NCBI GenBank assembly: GCA_963836205.1
Contig: CAWIIV010000006.1
Span: forward strand, 32,001 to 96,000
DNA length: 64,000 nucleotides
Origin: an uncultured Acidimicrobiia bacterium
GTDB lineage: Bacteria; Actinomycetota; Acidimicrobiia; Acidimicrobiales; AC-14
Direction: 5' to 3'
In this document: positions 61,003-64,000 of the stretch, piece by piece
Numbering within the stretch: the first letter of the stretch is position 1
Layout of the letters: each line of letters begins with the position of its first letter
The notes under the pieces: model-generated
The model's database searches: none
What the model was told of the DNA's origin: nothing
Seen by the model: the letters and a program-made list of their open reading frames with translations, nothing else
Made by a program: the position numbers and the translations under genes

Positions 61003-61061
61003 GACAGACCTGGGCGTTCCGACGTATGGGCTCGGCGAGCAGGAACGCCCGAGGAGGAACG

Positions 61062-61448
61062 ATGGCATTGAATCTCACCAACGTCATGCTGGGGTCCGAG
61101 GACTCCAAGCGTCTGGCCGACTTCTACACCCAGGTGCTGGGCGCCCCGAACCCCGACTGGAGCGACGAAGCCAACGGCTGGTTCGGCTTCAAGGCGGGCG
61201 ACGGGAGCATCGCCATCGGACCTCACAGCGAGGTCACCGGCCGGAGCCAGCAGCCCGGACGAATCATGCTCACGTTCGCGACACCCGACTTCACCGGCGA
61301 GTTCGAGCGGGTCAAGGCTCTCGGCGCCGAAGTCGTCGCCGAGCCCTACGCCCCGGATGGCGGCGGCGGGATGCTGATGTGCACCTTCGCCGACCCCGAC
61401 GGCAACTACTTCCAGCTGGCCCCGCCCTGGGACGCGACGTCGACGTAG
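61062..61448 (+). CDS. VOC/glyoxalase-family protein
   Basis: 'LADFY..VLG', 'TFADPDGNYFQL'; GAGGAGG RBS. Confidence 0.88.
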   Translation: MALNLTNVMLGSEDSKRLADFYTQVLGAPNPDWSDEANGWFGFKAGDGSIAIGPHSEVTGRSQQPGRIMLTFATPDFTGEFERVKALGAEVVAEPYAPDGGGGMLMCTFADPDGNYFQLAPPWDATST

Positions 61449-61451
61449 GCG

Positions 61452-61482
61452 GTGTACGTCGCTGTACTCCCACGTACAAAAT
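61452..61482 (+). promoter_or_regulatory. Putative Phd/YefM operator
   Basis: TGTAC, TGTAC and GTACA half-sites directly upstream of the antitoxin start. Confidence 0.5.
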
Positions 61483-61487
61483 GGGCC

Positions 61488-61806
61488 ATGGCAATGATGT
61501 CGGTGAGTGAGGCACGGGCCGCCCTCCCGCAAAATCCTCGACCTGGTCCAGGCCGGTGAGGAGGTGACCCTCACCCGGCACGGCCAGCCGGTGGCGGTGA
61601 TCGTCCGTCCGGACACCCTCCGCGCCCGCCGGGCCGATCAGGCGTTGGCGACGGCGACGGCGACCGTACGAACGGTGCTGGAGCTGGGCCGGCGAGCCCC
61701 CCTGGGACTCGTGCCGACCCTCAGCGAGGAGCGGGCCGACGCCCTGGTCGCCGATGTCGAGGCCTCACGTTCGAGCGGGTGGACTCCTTCGACGCCGACG
61801 TCCTGA
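61488..61806 (+). CDS. Phd/YefM antitoxin (frameshifted)
   Basis: 'MSVSEARAALP' then 'ILDLVQAGEEVTLTRHGQPVAV'. Confidence 0.8.
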
Positions 61807-62209
61807 CCTACGCGGCGGTGGCGGACCACGATCCGGGGCGGCGAATACGGGCCCTGTTCCCGTCCGACCCGCTCGGAATCGCTGGCATGGCTCGGTGCTG
61901 CTCCTCCCGGAGTTGCTGACGAAGCCGTTGCGAGCGCAGTCCACCGACGAGGTCGAGGCGCTCGGCGCGCTCCTCGGCCGGCTCGACCTGCGTGCGGTCG
62001 ACCTGGCGACAGCCGAGCTGGCGACCGCGCTGGGTGCGTACTACGGACTGCGAACGGCGGTCGCGGTCCATCTCGCCACCGCCGTCGCCGCCGGTGCCGA
62101 CCGTTTCCTCACCGACAACCAACGCGATTTCCCGAGATCGATCACCGAGATCGACGTGACCTATCCCGGCGACCTTCCCGACTCTGCGACCACTGAACCT
62201 CGTGCCTGA
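61779..62209 (+). pseudogene. vapC: PIN-domain toxin, frameshifted and with a substituted conserved Asp
   Basis: 'DSFDADVL.YAA', 'GSVLLLPELLTKP', 'GLRTAVAVHLATA' (Asp expected at the V), 'DRFLT.N.RDF'. Confidence 0.7.
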
Positions 62210-62241
62210 CCGGGAAACTGATCGGGTTGTATCGTCGTGAT

Positions 62242-62463
62242 ATGGCAAAGAATCGGCGGAAAGACTTCGACCCACTCGCGTCGCAACCACGAACGCCGAC
62301 GCGTCGACCTGGGAATTTCAACGAACAAGCCGACGCCCGACCCGACCCCAACACCGACTTCATCGGGGTCCACAGCCAGGCAACCGGTGGCGACCCGACC
62401 GCCGGGATCCTGCGACTCTTCCGCTGGCTCGGGCGGGCGGTCCGCAACCGGGGTAGTCAATAA
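62242..62463 (+). CDS. Small hypothetical protein
   Basis: ATG at 62242, 73 aa, amphipathic basic C-terminus. Confidence 0.35.
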   Translation: MAKNRRKDFDPLASQPRTPTRRPGNFNEQADARPDPNTDFIGVHSQATGGDPTAGILRLFRWLGRAVRNRGSQ

Positions 62464-63182
62464 GTCGCTTCTGGATGCGCGGGGCGCGTCGGCTGCACCG
62501 ACGCCCGGATCGCCGATCCTGATCGCAAGCGATCACCACTTCCAGGTGTCGGCCAGTCCCTGTCGGACGGTGGCGGATAGCCCTCGAGGGCGCCCAGTCG
62601 CTCCTCCGGGTTCAGCTTCATCTCCGAGGACCGCACGAACCAGGCCGGCACGCCGTCGAGCCGCCGGGCCTTGATGACCGCGAAGACCGACTCGATCACG
62701 TACTGGTCACCGACGCCAACGGTGTCGAGCCCGGCCAACAGCTCGCTGAACTGCATGGGGGGCAACGGCACACCAGTGCTCGGCGGCGGCGATTGCCCTT
62801 TCCAGGAAAGAGAGAGTCGCTGGCGCATCGAAGTGGTGAGCCCGTCGAGGACGCCCAGCAGTTCCTCCGCGGTCAGAGGGGTGCCACCGCTCCGGACCGA
62901 CCACGCCGCGCTCCCGTTCTCGGCCCGGACCTTGAGGAGTGCGAACACGGACTCCACTCGCAGCCCGTCACCAAGCGACGTGGTGCCGTAGCCGGCCAGC
63001 AGCACGCTGAACGACGTGGGCTCCTCAGCCACCCGACGTGTCCTCCACAAGACCCACGGCCAACGGAACCTACTCGCTCCCCCTGCGTGTGCGGGAGGCG
63101 GCCACGACTGTCGATCTTCCGGGCGACCCCCGCACGCCCGAGCGTCCAGCCGACCGATCACGGAGCCGTCGACCTTCGCCAT
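62457..63182 (-). CDS. Hypothetical protein with a duplicated ~70-aa domain
   Basis: 'FS.LLAG......GD...ESVFA..K.R...G..AW.VRS....L..EE.LG.L.G' occurs twice. Confidence 0.65.
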   Translation of the reverse strand: MAKVDGSVIGRLDARACGGRPEDRQSWPPPAHAGGASRFRWPWVLWRTRRVAEEPTSFSVLLAGYGTTSLGDGLRVESVFALLKVRAENGSAAWSVRSGGTPLTAEELLGVLDGLTTSMRQRLSLSWKGQSPPPSTGVPLPPMQFSELLAGLDTVGVGDQYVIESVFAVIKARRLDGVPAWFVRSSEMKLNPEERLGALEGYPPPSDRDWPTPGSGDRLRSGSAIRASVQPTRPAHPEATY

Positions 63183-63312
63183 CGCCCTCGCCCCGGCCCG
63201 ATCCAGCCCGCCAGTGGCCGTCCGTGCCGGCGCCTTGGGGCTGAGCACGGTCCGACGGTGGGCGCCGAGCAATTGCCTCGTGGGGCGGGTCGCCAATCGC
63301 AGGGAGGCACTC

Positions 63313-63807
63313 ATGGACGAGCAGGAGATTGCAGAGGTCATGGCCAAGCCGATCTCGATCGAGCTCATGGGCTCGTCGATCCCGGCGCGGCTCGCCTACA
63401 CGGGCATCGACGGCGACCCACGGGTGATCCCGATCGCGTTCGGCCTGGGATGGTTCGCGGCTCACGGTGTGCACCGTTCCGAAGGCGGCGAAGGTGCGGG
63501 CCCTGCAACGCAATCCCCGAGTGGCGATCACCATCGATACCGAACGCTTTCCACCGCACGTGCTGCTCATCCGGGGCGAGGCGACCGTCGAGATCGTGGA
63601 CGGGGTGCCGGACGTGTACATCGACGGTCACGGACAATTGTGCCAGCCGAGCAGTTCGAAGCCTGGGAGGCCGGGGTTCGAGCCCTCTACTCGCAGATGG
63701 CGAGGATCACGATCACACCCGACTGGGCGAAGCTCTTGGACTTCGAGACGACAATCCCCAAGGCGGTCGAAGATCTGGTCAACGCCCACGGCGATCGTCG
63801 AGGATGA
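63313..63807 (+). CDS. Pyridoxamine 5'-phosphate oxidase-like (split barrel) protein, two indels
   Basis: 'PARLAYTG.DG.PRVIPI', 'KVRAL..NPRVAITID', 'LLIRG.A', 'RITITP.W..LLDFET'. Confidence 0.8.
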   Translation: MDEQEIAEVMAKPISIELMGSSIPARLAYTGIDGDPRVIPIAFGLGWFAAHGVHRSEGGEGAGPATQSPSGDHHRYRTLSTARAAHPGRGDRRDRGRGAGRVHRRSRTIVPAEQFEAWEAGVRALYSQMARITITPDWAKLLDFETTIPKAVEDLVNAHGDRRG

Positions 63808-64000
63808 CTGGCAACCACCCCGTATCGACGAGAACCATGTGACGAGCTCGTCTTCACTGGGCAGTGCTACTTTCGGTCGGACATTGCCTCCCGCTTCGAC
63901 GACATCGCCTTCTCGCCCTGCATCGTGAGCAGATGAGTTTGGGCGGTGTGGCTCGCTGCAAGTGCAGCATCGATGAGCTTGTCCCGAGTCTCGTTGTCAG

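Overview
Very GC-rich actinobacterial DNA; an Acidimicrobiia-like origin is inferred from the gene content and protein styles. Many genes carry single-base indels that look like uncorrected long-read errors. From left to right: (1) an AlkZ-like DNA glycosylase, an ECF sigma factor with a duplicated-domain anti-sigma, and a DUF1996 protein; (2) a ~17 kb cobalamin cluster of the early-cobalt-insertion type (3957-21258), headed by a ribbon-helix-helix (RHH) domain apparently fused to CbiL and lacking any visible B12 riboswitch, with a CbiE-T-G-H fusion, an in-frame CbiX chelatase-CbiO transporter ATPase fusion, and embedded folD-like, marR, ClC-CBS and fdhD genes; (3) tetR, surface proteins, metF, vapBC and a branched-chain amino acid ABC transporter; (4) a GvpU-like orphan, a DUF222-HNH gene with a LexA box, a deleted sensor-kinase remnant and an MFS transporter with internal tandem repeats; (5) a signalling cluster (OmpR regulator, REC-PAS-HK-REC-GGDEF hybrid, whiB, two GAF-ANTAR genes, ECF sigma/anti-sigma) in which the divergent whiB and ANTAR leaders share one ordered hairpin motif; (6) a lower-GC toxin-antitoxin/defence patch (mazEF, vapBC, Zn-ribbon-HEPN protein, Doc variant with a 40-aa antitoxin); (7) a Phe/Tyr catabolic cluster (gdh, LLM oxidoreductase, acetoacetate-CoA ligase, lrp, phhA, hppD, fahA, hmgA, VOC); (8) a decayed phd-vapC pair and small genes. 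No rRNA, tRNA, CRISPR array or intact transposase was seen. The best candidates for something new are the WhiB/ANTAR shared-leader circuit and the unusual wiring of the B12 operon (RHH-CbiL, CbiX-CbiO).
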